Sequence record: MT446416.1
Source: Escherichia virus TH47
Direction: 5' to 3' (one strand)
DNA length: 64,000 bases
How positions within the stretch are numbered: the first letter of the stretch is position 1; the number at the start of each line of letters is the position of its first letter. Of the stretch, positions 7,884 to 15,654 are shown piece by piece. The position numbers were made by a program, and so were the translations under genes. The notes beneath the pieces were generated by a model, which ran no database searches, had not been told where the DNA came from, and saw only the letters and a list, made by a program, of their open reading frames with translations.

Positions 7884-8246
7884 TTATTCGTAAATTTTGC
7901 CACTGTCAGCCCATACCAGGAAACGAGGCATATTATCCCATGCATCTTGTTTTAAATTTAAACCGTGTAATACTTCTGTACTTTCCATTCCTGGTACTGG
8001 TTTACTATACACCGCGAACATTTCACCCATATACTGATAAGCCATCGTTAAATCACTGGCGATCATCTTATGGATCATCGCATCAAGCATCACGGTAGCG
8101 GCGTATTGTTCACGCTTAAGCGGCAACATTGCAATAAGTCCACGATAAGCTGAAATGTGAATTTTTACCGTTTCTGCCGGAAGATCTTTCATCTCGTCGC
8201 GGAAGTTAACCAGGTTAGCAATAATTTTATTGATTTGTGTCGCCAT
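7884..8246 (-). CDS. hypothetical protein (120 aa)
   Basis: ATG with RBS; module upstream. Confidence 0.65.
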   Translation of the reverse strand: MATQINKIIANLVNFRDEMKDLPAETVKIHISAYRGLIAMLPLKREQYAATVMLDAMIHKMIASDLTMAYQYMGEMFAVYSKPVPGMESTEVLHGLNLKQDAWDNMPRFLVWADSGKIYE

Positions 8247-8269
8247 CGTTTTTAATCTCTCTTAAAGTG

Positions 8270-8330
8270 CAGCGGGAACCATTCCCGCTCTCGATGTAAT
8301 ACATTATACGCCGTTAAACATAGTATGCAA
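8270..8330 (-). promoter_or_regulatory. early promoter + stem-loop module
   Basis: TTGCAT-N16-TATAAT; hairpin AGCGGGAACCATTCCCGCT. Confidence 0.6.
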
Positions 8331-8380
8331 GTACTTTCTACAAATACTTTTAAAATAGTTTTCTTTCTATATAGGGGAAC

Positions 8381-8432
8381 TATCTTTCAGTACTATCTTT
8401 CAGTACTATCATTCAGTACTATCATTCAGTAC
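8381..8432. repeat. 4 x 13-bp direct repeat TATC(T/A)TTCAGTAC
   Basis: four contiguous units read directly. Confidence 0.85.
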
Positions 8433-8596
8433 TGAATCAATCCACTAAATCATCCCTATACCCCGTAAAACGGCCTCAGACGCATTCTAACGCATTAATA
8501 CACCTAAGCTATACATTTGCACCATTCCAATCATTCCAGGGCTTTACGGGCCGTTGAAACGCGTTAAATTATTTTCAATTATTTTGTTTTTAGGTA

Positions 8597-8624
8597 TTGA
8601 CTTGATCCTGAAAAAGCGTATAAT
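8597..8624 (+). promoter_or_regulatory. plus-strand sigma70-like promoter
   Basis: TTGACT-N16-TATAAT; CCCACAGGGTGCGG box about 30 nt downstream. Confidence 0.5.
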
Positions 8625-8813
8625 TACTACATAAGCCGGACACAAGGCACTAACCCACAGGGTGCGGAATTACGCCCAAAATTCAAGATATAAAAAAAGG
8701 ATACACTCCCGCACCCTAGCAGGTCAACGCACTTTCTCAGTACTGAAATATAGTACCATAGTACTTGCCAGGATAGCAAGCAAATTAATTAAAACTTTTT
8801 TGCTTCCAGGGTA

Positions 8814-8841
8814 TTGCTTTATTTTTTCAGTACTGTATAAT
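8814..8841 (+). promoter_or_regulatory. plus-strand promoter
   Basis: TTGCTT-N16-TATAAT; CCCACCGGGTGCA box at 8870-8882. Confidence 0.45.
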
Positions 8842-8937
8842 AGTTTCATCAAGTCGAGAAAGACTCAAGCCCACCGGGTGCATAGTTACGCCCAAAATTC
8901 AGTACTGAAAAAATTTTTAAAATATCTGTCCAGGCCG

Positions 8938-8966
8938 TTGACATTGCCCCCAGTTTATAAGATAAT
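8938..8966 (+). promoter_or_regulatory. plus-strand promoter
   Basis: TTGACA-N17-GATAAT; two GGGGAA...TCCCC-type hairpins downstream. Confidence 0.45.
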
Positions 8967-9059
8967 GATTCCAGATTCAGAAAAATCTAACTCCAGATAC
9001 TGCGGGGAAACTATCCCCACGCGGTAGGGGAACTATTGGAAAAAACAAAATAAAATTTT

Positions 9060-9200
9060 GATTTAGCCGTCTATACTTCCAGACGTGTAACCATCTAGCC
9101 GTTTAGCCGTCCAAACGTCTAGCCATCCAGCCATCCAGAAATCTAGCCGTTTAGCCGTCTAGATGGATAGCCATCTTTACTTCCATACTTCTGGAGGTCT
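9060..9200. repeat. iteron cluster (TAGCCRTY x about 9) with CCAAAATCC repeats just downstream
   Basis: tagccgtc / tagccgtt / tagccatc units within about 130 bp, interleaved with tctaga-type palindromes. Confidence 0.8.
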
Positions 9201-10099
9201 AGACATATCTACGTCCAAAATCCACCCAGGGTTACTACACCCAAAATCCGTCAGTACTATACCATAGATCTATCTTTTGAAAGGGAGTATTCAGTACTGC
9301 CATCATAGCCCTCACTATGTTACCCTAGGAGGATGAAGACTATCATGTAGTACTGAATACTGTTAGAGGGAATCCACCAGCTTGTGCTGGTGGCATAATG
9401 CTTTAGATTAAAATCAGTACTGACACCATTCTGTTAATATCAGTACTGTTATTACGATTTTCATATGAGGTTCAAAAAGATGTACCACCACAGGAGGAAC
9501 TATCTTTTCTGTACTGTCTCACGACAGGAGGTAGAGTAAATGAATTGTTCGCAGCAACTCATCTCTCTATGTAGAACATTATACAGTACTGAATCATAAT
9601 GTCAATAACTTTCTTTCACCATTCAGTACTGATATTCTTGAGAACTACCCGTCTACAAACATCATTATATCCCACAAATCATAAACGTCCCAACGTAAAT
9701 TTCAACTTTCGAAGATCCAACTTTTATTTCATAGGTACTCCAAAATTTTTAGGATCGAGATTTAGGATGGAGTACTAACCAACTTTTTGCTGGAGCCTCA
9801 AGGGGTAATTGAATTTTACCCCGAAGGGTAAAAGGGTAATTGAAATTAAGGTGAAAGTAATAATTCAGTACTAATCATTGCGTGATTACTTTTGATTACA
9901 TTTGATGTAATTTGCAAAATGGAAAAGGAGCTTGGAAACTAAAAAGTACGGTAGACTTCCTCTGCCTACTTAGTGGGATATCGACACCTTCAGTACTGAA
10001 TACTTTTGGGGCAGTACTGCTACGTTCTTGATTAAACGTGCACATTCCTGTACTCTATTACACTCTAGTACTCACTACTGATCAGTACTGATCACTACA

Positions 10100-10150
10100 G
10101 TGATTATAAATGATTACTTAAATGTTTATATATGATTACTTATGATTACT
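10100..10150. repeat. ATGATTACTTA direct repeats (3 copies)
   Basis: read directly. Confidence 0.7.
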
Positions 10151-10154
10151 TATG

Positions 10155-10175
10155 ACAAAGAGAAGCCAAAAGCTT
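10155..10175 (-). terminator. terminator of small-gene array
   Basis: hairpin GAGAAGC-nnnn-GCTTCTC followed by T-rich tract on minus strand. Confidence 0.5.
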
Positions 10176-10312
10176 CTCTGTAGAGTTACGGGGTTTAGCC
10201 TGGAGAGAATCCTAGTGATCGCATTTGTCCAGGCTGAATTTTAACAATTCGCCTGTACATAAAGGTTGTTCACTAGGAGCTTCCCCAGTCTCTATGTGCT
10301 CTATATGTTGAA

Positions 10313-10522
10313 TTACTTCCTATATATAAGTATTAACATATAGTAGTACTGATTATGCTGTACATTCTCTTTAATATTATAAGGGTCTATAGCAATCTCG
10401 GTACATCTGTTAAATGCATATCTATTAAATGCCAGTACTATTAGATTGTTAACCCATGCTTGTTCGTTTTCTTTTAGTTTACTTATATAGTACTCTTTAT
10501 ACTCTTTATACTCTTTATGCAT
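10313..10522 (-). CDS. small leader-family protein (69 aa)
   Basis: N-terminal MHKEYKEYKEYYISKL (9-bp unit repeated 3 times); C-terminal hydrophobic YxLILIY. Confidence 0.6.
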   Translation of the reverse strand: MHKEYKEYKEYYISKLKENEQAWVNNLIVLAFNRYAFNRCTEIAIDPYNIKENVQHNQYYYMLILIYRK

Positions 10523-10535
10523 AGTATTATCTCTA

Positions 10536-10718
10536 TTAATATGATAGTACTAGTGTTAGTACTGAGCACAATTGTTCTTTATAGTTCTTAGGGTATATAG
10601 AATCTTTTATGCACTCATTGAAGTGCCATAGGTATAATCTTGGGTCGCATTCTTTATATATTTTTACGGGGACGAATGTTAGTTTTCTTATATAGAAGTC
10701 TTTATGTTCTTTATTCAT
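10536..10718 (-). CDS. small leader-family protein (60 aa)
   Basis: MNKEHKDFYIRKL leader. Confidence 0.6.
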   Translation of the reverse strand: MNKEHKDFYIRKLTFVPVKIYKECDPRLYLWHFNECIKDSIYPKNYKEQLCSVLTLVLSY

Positions 10719-10920
10719 ATAGGAATAGTATACCTATGATGCCTGAGTACAGGTTAGTACTGTTATTATTGTCGTTTGCGTTTAAAGTCATTTGAATACA
10801 ATTATTGTAGCATAATCTGCCGAAATATGTATCAGTACTTAAAGGTGGTGTAGTTCTTAGAAACATTTGTTCTGATGTACTGAGGTGTTTGGAGTAGTAT
10901 TCTTTATGTTCTTTATTCAT
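10711..10920 (-). CDS. small leader-family protein (69 aa)
   Basis: MNKEHKEYYSKHL leader; body paralogous to 11285..11491 (CYNNCIQ...YSGIIGILFLYE). Confidence 0.65.
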   Translation of the reverse strand: MNKEHKEYYSKHLSTSEQMFLRTTPPLSTDTYFGRLCYNNCIQMTLNANDNNNSTNLYSGIIGILFLYE

Positions 10921-10925
10921 ATTAG

Positions 10926-11111
10926 TTAGTGTCTGTATATAAGTAATAGTAAGAATACGTACTGCACCTGTTCATCTTTAGTATTGAGTACTGTACGTAT
11001 TGCGTCATGGAACAAGAATATAGTACTTGGGTCATTAGAATTTAAGGGGTTTACGGGGACGGCGTGTTTGTAGTTCCCTTTAACAAATTGTATATAGTAT
11101 TCTTTATACAT
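10926..11111 (-). CDS. small leader-family protein (61 aa)
   Basis: MYKEYYIQFV leader. Confidence 0.6.
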   Translation of the reverse strand: MYKEYYIQFVKGNYKHAVPVNPLNSNDPSTIFLFHDAIRTVLNTKDEQVQYVFLLLLIYRH

Positions 11112-11112
11112 A

Positions 11113-11292
11113 TTAGTACCTGAATATTAGGGCGAGAATGTAGTACATATAATTTTGGTTCACAGCACAGTCAGTATGGTCAATGAATTGTTGGGTCTTT
11201 TTCTTATCCTTGAAATCTATTGGGTTTAGTAGTATAAGCATTTGGGAGTTTATATCCAGATGGCTTACGTAGAATTCTTTATAGTTATTCAT
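11113..11292 (-). CDS. small leader-family protein (59 aa)
   Basis: MNNYKEFYVSHL leader; ATGAATAA start/stop overlap with upstream gene; below ORF-track cutoff. Confidence 0.5.
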   Translation of the reverse strand: MNNYKEFYVSHLDINSQMLILLNPIDFKDKKKTQQFIDHTDCAVNQNYMYYILALIFRY

Positions 11293-11491
11293 AGAAGAAT
11301 ATTAGTCCTATTACACCTGAGTACATAATATTTTTGTTATTGTATTCTAATGCGTCTAGAGTACTACGTATACAATTATTAAAGCAATCTCTGGCGTGTT
11401 GTGTATCTAAACGTAAAGGTGATACACTCCTTAGAAACATTTGTTCTTCGTTGCTGAGGTATTTGGTGTAGAATTCTTTCTGTTCGTTCAT
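11285..11491 (-). CDS. small leader-family protein (68 aa)
   Basis: MNEQKEFYTKYL leader; CFNNCIR...YSGVIGLIFFYE. Confidence 0.65.
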   Translation of the reverse strand: MNEQKEFYTKYLSNEEQMFLRSVSPLRLDTQHARDCFNNCIRSTLDALEYNNKNIMYSGVIGLIFFYE

Positions 11492-11501
11492 ATTGGCCTC
11501 T

Positions 11502-11690
11502 TTAGTACACGAAAGCTAGGTACAGTACATGATACAGTACTTGATTATAGTTGTAATAATTTATCACGCATTTAGTGCACGTAATGAAGTAGTCTTTTTC
11601 GTAGTTTATTTCTATACCGCGAGGTTCATCTTCTAACAGATTACCTTGAAGGTGCGGTGGTAAATCTTTTATGTAGTATTCTTTATACAT
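11502..11690 (-). CDS. small leader-family protein (62 aa)
   Basis: conserved start MYKEYYIKDL at 11690; ORF-track N-terminal extension is read-through of the upstream copy. Confidence 0.55.
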   Translation of the reverse strand: MYKEYYIKDLPPHLQGNLLEDEPRGIEINYEKDYFITCTKCVINYYNYNQVLYHVLYLAFVY

Positions 11691-11691
11691 A

Positions 11692-11882
11692 TTAGTACCT
11701 GAATATAAGTAGGATAGTGTTATATAGTTGGTCATAACTACTACTATTTTCTATACTGCGTTCTATGCAGTTATTGAATCCCAGTACTGCCAAATCGTTA
11801 TCCAGGGGGGGACTTTATATCTGGCGTAGTATTCAAAAATGCTGGGGAGAAATTGTGTGTAGTATTCTTTGTGGTTGTTCAT
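11692..11882 (-). pseudogene. frameshifted leader-family member (poly-G7 tract 11805-11811)
   Basis: starts MNNHKEYYTQFL; frame breaks at the homopolymer; one extra C/G restores a 63-aa ORF ending ...GFNNCIERSIENSSSYDQLYNTILLIFRY. Confidence 0.5.
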
Positions 11883-11892
11883 ATTGTTCTCT

Positions 11893-12075
11893 TTAGTACT
11901 TATATATTAGGGCGAGGATGTAGTACAGTTTATATATTCTATCCTCGTACATTAGGGTGTACTTAGTACATTCTTGAAACATTGTTTTTGCGTCATCTTT
12001 TATGCCCAATGCAACGTTTGGTATATGGCTCTGTAGATGCATTGGAAGTTTCTCTATGTAGTATTCTTTATACAT
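11893..12075 (-). CDS. small leader-family protein (60 aa)
   Basis: conserved start MYKEYYIEKL at 12075 (ATGTATAA overlap with stop of 12068..12739). Confidence 0.55.
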   Translation of the reverse strand: MYKEYYIEKLPMHLQSHIPNVALGIKDDAKTMFQECTKYTLMYEDRIYKLYYILALIYKY

Positions 12076-12739
12076 AGTTTGAAATATACGTAATGAGGTG
12101 ATGAATTTTCTTATCAGTACTGATAAGTTCCTGTACATGTTTTGTTAGTTTGTACGCGTTTTTATAGAGTCCTGGATTATCGATTACAGTACTGTACATG
12201 AATTCTTCTTCTGGTGTTAATTCTTTGTTTTGTAGTTCTTTTAGGAATTGCAGTACTGTAATAGTTTCTTCTGTACGTTGCTGTTGGAAGAAATGCATGT
12301 TATCGTGTACTTTTTCTGAACCAATGCAGTACATATCGCCGATTTGGAATTGTGCTGTACGGATATCATGGGTGCTATTACAATTCCCGAAGAAGTATAC
12401 ATTCCCGAAAGATAGAATTATAGTGCACGGGATATTATCCAGGTGCATATAGATATAGATAGATGCGTCCTCTAGTGCTTTTGTGCTGGTATTAGTACTC
12501 AATACTTTTAAATCAGTATTATAGATATTCATATAATGAACAGCTATATTATTTTTCTTCATGTACAATTCAAGGTTCTTTGATACGTTAACTCCATTTG
12601 TACTGGTTTTTTTACTTTTCTTTAGGTTCTTTAGTACATTAGGGTGATAAGTATATGCATTAGTAATAGATTCAGCCTGGATGGATTGCAAGTACTTAAA
12701 GTGCTGTAGGTATCGTTTACTTTGTGGATTGAGTTTCAT
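12068..12739 (-). CDS. long leader-family protein (223 aa)
   Basis: N-terminal KRYLQHFKYL leader-like; C-terminal domain paralogous to 21657..22307. Confidence 0.6.
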   Translation of the reverse strand: MKLNPQSKRYLQHFKYLQSIQAESITNAYTYHPNVLKNLKKSKKTSTNGVNVSKNLELYMKKNNIAVHYMNIYNTDLKVLSTNTSTKALEDASIYIYMHLDNIPCTIILSFGNVYFFGNCNSTHDIRTAQFQIGDMYCIGSEKVHDNMHFFQQQRTEETITVLQFLKELQNKELTPEEEFMYSTVIDNPGLYKNAYKLTKHVQELISTDKKIHHLITYISNYV

Positions 12740-12750
12740 ATTGGTTTCCT

Positions 12751-12930
12751 TTATATAGATGCGAGTGCGAGGATTTCCCTGTAGGGATTATCTTGTGTTA
12801 GTGCGTGATGAATGCAGCTATTGAGATTAATATTTTTAGTACTGTTAGTTGCTAGGTTGTAGTACTTCACGAAGGTGTCGTACATGAAACGGTCTTTAAT
12901 GCTTATGTGTTCTATATAGTATTCTTGCAT
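12751..12930 (-). CDS. small leader-family protein (59 aa)
   Basis: conserved start MQEYYIEHI at 12930. Confidence 0.5.
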   Translation of the reverse strand: MQEYYIEHISIKDRFMYDTFVKYYNLATNSTKNINLNSCIHHALTQDNPYREILALASI

Positions 12931-12995
12931 ATTATTCCTTAGATTTAGATTAGTTTTAGTACTTCTCTGTACGTGTACTTTTCGTTTTGTGCTTC

Positions 12996-13118
12996 TACTG
13001 TACATGATAGAAAGTATCGTTTTTATCTCTTTTGTTCCCGACTGTGTAGTACCTTTGGAATTGATTATAAATGTATCTATCTTTGTGCTGAAGTTTATAG
13101 ATATAGAATTCTTGCATA
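12996..13118 (-). pseudogene. truncated leader-family copy
   Basis: MQEFYIYKL... ORF of 40 codons; flanking sequence duplicates 12921-12980. Confidence 0.35.
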
Positions 13119-13125
13119 GAGTACC

Positions 13126-13311
13126 TTAGATAGAGATTAGTTTTAGTACTTCAATATATGTGCGGTACTCTGCTTTAATTAAATTTGTACACACTGTAAG
13201 GGAACTTCTTTGTATAAGTTTATTGCCGCTTTTATACGCATTTCTCCACACATAGAGATGAGATCTTTCTGGCATAGATAGTTTATTTGTATAGTACTCA
13301 AATGTATTCAT
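13126..13311 (-). CDS. small leader-family protein (61 aa)
   Basis: start MNTFEYYTNKL at 13311. Confidence 0.5.
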   Translation of the reverse strand: MNTFEYYTNKLSMPERSHLYVWRNAYKSGNKLIQRSSLTVCTNLIKAEYRTYIEVLKLISI

Positions 13312-13321
13312 AGTATTCTCT

Positions 13322-13507
13322 TTACATATCAATAAGTTTCAGTACTGCTCTGTACGTGTACTTAGTTGTTAGTGTTTCTTTTATAGCAGTACAGAAGTAA
13401 TGTTGTTTGTCTCTAGTACTGACGCGTTTGTAGTACCATACATGGGAGTTGTGGCTGTACTTGTCCCTGTCGGATAGTTTTTGGTAATAGTAGCTTTTAT
13501 GATTCAT
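13322..13507 (-). CDS. small leader-family protein (61 aa)
   Basis: MNHKSYYYQKL leader. Confidence 0.55.
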   Translation of the reverse strand: MNHKSYYYQKLSDRDKYSHNSHVWYYKRVSTRDKQHYFCTAIKETLTTKYTYRAVLKLIDM

Positions 13508-13618
13508 TGTAATGTAATTAGCCTTATTATGTTAAAGTACTCGGTCCCTGGTACACCTTGTAGAATATTATCAACTACATTTATTTGGTGCAGGATGAGT
13601 ACATTCGGTGCGGATCTT

Positions 13619-13717
13619 TTAAGGTTTTTTTAAAGTACTGAATTCTTGTTTAAGGATGTTCTGCACATCTTTAGGGAGAATATCTAAGTAGTACTGATGA
13701 ATGTTCATAGTTTTCAT
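13619..13717 (-). pseudogene. truncated leader-family copy
   Basis: MKTMNIHQYYLDILPKD... stops after 32 codons; resembles N-terminus of 13916..14128. Confidence 0.35.
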
Positions 13718-13728
13718 ATAGTACTCTT

Positions 13729-13914
13729 TTAGAACTTAAAGATGAGGTTCATGATAGATAAGTACTTAGTTTCAGGAAATTGATGTTCTATTGCATAACG
13801 TGTCGCCAGTCTGAAGTCAAATTTATAAAAGGGAGTATTCATATCCAGAGGTTCATTGGGGAATGAATCTCGGTATTGCTTGTGCAGCTTACTACAGTAG
13901 AATTCTTTATACAT
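13729..13914 (-). CDS. small leader-family protein (61 aa)
   Basis: MYKEFYCSKL leader. Confidence 0.6.
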   Translation of the reverse strand: MYKEFYCSKLHKQYRDSFPNEPLDMNTPFYKFDFRLATRYAIEHQFPETKYLSIMNLIFKF

Positions 13915-13915
13915 A

Positions 13916-14128
13916 TTAGTGCTCGATTAATAGGGTAAGGATGTAATAGTATTGCATACTTTCTACCCCTTGTAAAGCATTTCTTATTTTATTATTCCTG
14001 TACGAGTTCAAGAGTTTAGGACAATGTTTGAGGTTTATATAATTATTTTGTGTATACAGTAGGCTTTCTCGTAGACCTTTTGTTGGTAGTGCATCGATGT
14101 AGTACTGTTCAATGTTCATAGTGTTCAT
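13916..14128 (-). CDS. small leader-family protein (70 aa)
   Basis: MNTMNIEQYYIDAL leader. Confidence 0.55.
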   Translation of the reverse strand: MNTMNIEQYYIDALPTKGLRESLLYTQNNYINLKHCPKLLNSYRNNKIRNALQGVESMQYYYILTLLIEH

Positions 14129-14352
14129 AGAGCTACCAGTACTAAGATTTTTGATAATTGTTTATTGCTATCCCCGCAGATGTTGCTGTGTAAAATACTC
14201 GCGGTGAGGGTATCAAGTGCACTGTTCAGCATAAGGTTACATCCAGTACTGTTATGTGTTTTTAGCTCTATCAGCCACGAACTATCCGCGAGAAACTTCG
14301 CGTACTCTAGTTCAGTTAGAGTATTGATGTAGTACTTAAGTGTAGTTGTCAT
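14125..14352 (-). CDS. small leader-family protein (75 aa), first gene of array
   Basis: MTTTLKYYINTL; AAGGAG RBS; promoter 14378-14406. Confidence 0.6.
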   Translation of the reverse strand: MTTTLKYYINTLTELEYAKFLADSSWLIELKTHNSTGCNLMLNSALDTLTASILHSNICGDSNKQLSKILVLVAL

Positions 14353-14377
14353 GTACAGTTCTCCTTATATTCCTTCT

Positions 14378-14406
14378 ATAGTACACCAGTACTGAAAGGA
14401 TGTCAA
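14378..14406 (-). promoter_or_regulatory. promoter of small-gene array
   Basis: TTGACA-N17-TACTAT on minus strand, divergent from the first RCC1-like gene promoter. Confidence 0.55.
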
Positions 14407-14410
14407 GGGT

Positions 14411-14450
14411 TTTGTTTATGGGGTAAATATGATATAATGAATAAAGGAGG
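14411..14450 (+). promoter_or_regulatory. promoter/RBS cassette of RCC1-like gene 1
   Basis: TTGTTT-N16-TATAAT then AAGGAGG 5 nt before ATG; same TATAAT-AAGGAGG cassette upstream of genes 3, 4 and 6. Confidence 0.5.
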
Positions 14451-14455
14451 GAAAT

Positions 14456-15577
14456 ATGTTACCTTTTGTTAGAATGTTTGATTATGGAAATGAAGCACCT
14501 GATCCTAGTTCGGGATTTCGAATAATAAGTACAGGAGACGCATTACTATTAATTACTGAGAGTGGTGATTTGTGGGTGCGTGGTTATAACCGTTATGGCA
14601 AGTTAGGTATAGGTAATAACACCACTACCTATGTACTTGATTGGACGAAGGTTAGAAGTGATGTGAAGTTTGCGTGTGGTAGTGGATTGGTAACAGTTAT
14701 CTTTACTAAGGATAATCGTATATTGTACTGTGGTGACAAATGGTTTGAAACGGGTGGTGTTGGTAGTGCACAGATTTTCACATGGACAGATGTTACGCAC
14801 CAATTTGGGGTAGTAGATTTGAGTACAGTAAGGGATATGAAAATGTCTTATTACACGATTGGATTATTGACTACTAATAATCAATTATACGCTAAGGGAT
14901 TTGATAATAACCTATCATTTGGTGGGGTTACTAATAAGGCGACTGCTGTGTTTATTGCGAATAATGTACAAGAGTTGTATACGAGTTTAGTTAGTACTAT
15001 CTACGTTGATACAAGTGGTATATTACATCGTTGTGGCATGAGTGATAACGGTTCGTTGGGTAATAATGGTAGTTTAACTTCGTATCTAAGTTATTCACAG
15101 CCTGGTATGACGATTAAGGACATTGGAATGATGACTACGAACACTGGGTTATTATATACTGATTCTAGTGCACGCACGAGATATTTTATTGCTGGACAGA
15201 ACTTGAATAAACAGATGGGTAATGCGGCGTCTGCGAGTGCCATTACGAGTACTTACACAGAGCTTTCTGGTAGTGTTGATAAGTTTTCTTCTTTATGGGA
15301 GAATGATGGGATATTGATGACATTTGCTGTGGGTAAGAACACTAATCAGTTATTTTATGCTGGGACGAATACTTTTCATGCGAGTGGTGGTGAATCTTCA
15401 TATGCGGATACATATGAGTTAGTCCCGATGGTGTTTAATGACATACAGGAAGTGTTATGTGCACAGCGTTTATCGGTGGTACATGATTCTACGAAGTGGT
15501 ATTACTGTGGTGATGCTAATTCAATGTATGGTTTACCGGACGTAAGTACTTTTACTGAGTTACCGTTGCCCTTTTAA
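14456..15577 (+). CDS. RCC1-like repeat (beta-propeller) protein, paralog 1
   Basis: 373 aa; leader MLPFVRMFDYGN; repeated G-x-N-x-x-G-x-LG-x-G blocks. Confidence 0.7.
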   Translation: MLPFVRMFDYGNEAPDPSSGFRIISTGDALLLITESGDLWVRGYNRYGKLGIGNNTTTYVLDWTKVRSDVKFACGSGLVTVIFTKDNRILYCGDKWFETGGVGSAQIFTWTDVTHQFGVVDLSTVRDMKMSYYTIGLLTTNNQLYAKGFDNNLSFGGVTNKATAVFIANNVQELYTSLVSTIYVDTSGILHRCGMSDNGSLGNNGSLTSYLSYSQPGMTIKDIGMMTTNTGLLYTDSSARTRYFIAGQNLNKQMGNAASASAITSTYTELSGSVDKFSSLWENDGILMTFAVGKNTNQLFYAGTNTFHASGGESSYADTYELVPMVFNDIQEVLCAQRLSVVHDSTKWYYCGDANSMYGLPDVSTFTELPLPF

Positions 15578-15585
15578 TAATAGGT

Positions 15586-15616
15586 CAGTACTGAAATATG
15601 TACTGGTATTTTTTGT
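15586..15616 (+). terminator. candidate terminator
   Basis: CAGTA...TACTG hairpin followed by T-run. Confidence 0.4.
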
Positions 15617-15654
15617 AAATACTATATAATTATTTTAATTTTGGAGATTTAATC

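Noticed and set aside
8350-10300. tRNA genes in the non-coding block
   Set aside because: No GTTCRANYC T-loop with matching acceptor stem or cloverleaf was recognisable by eye; a tRNAscan run would be needed to be certain.
10300-14400. Regularly recurring conserved short sequence that could look like a CRISPR-type repeat array
   Set aside because: The recurring units are the conserved start codons and leaders of tandem protein-coding paralogs with RBS and variable length; there are no uniform repeat-spacer units.
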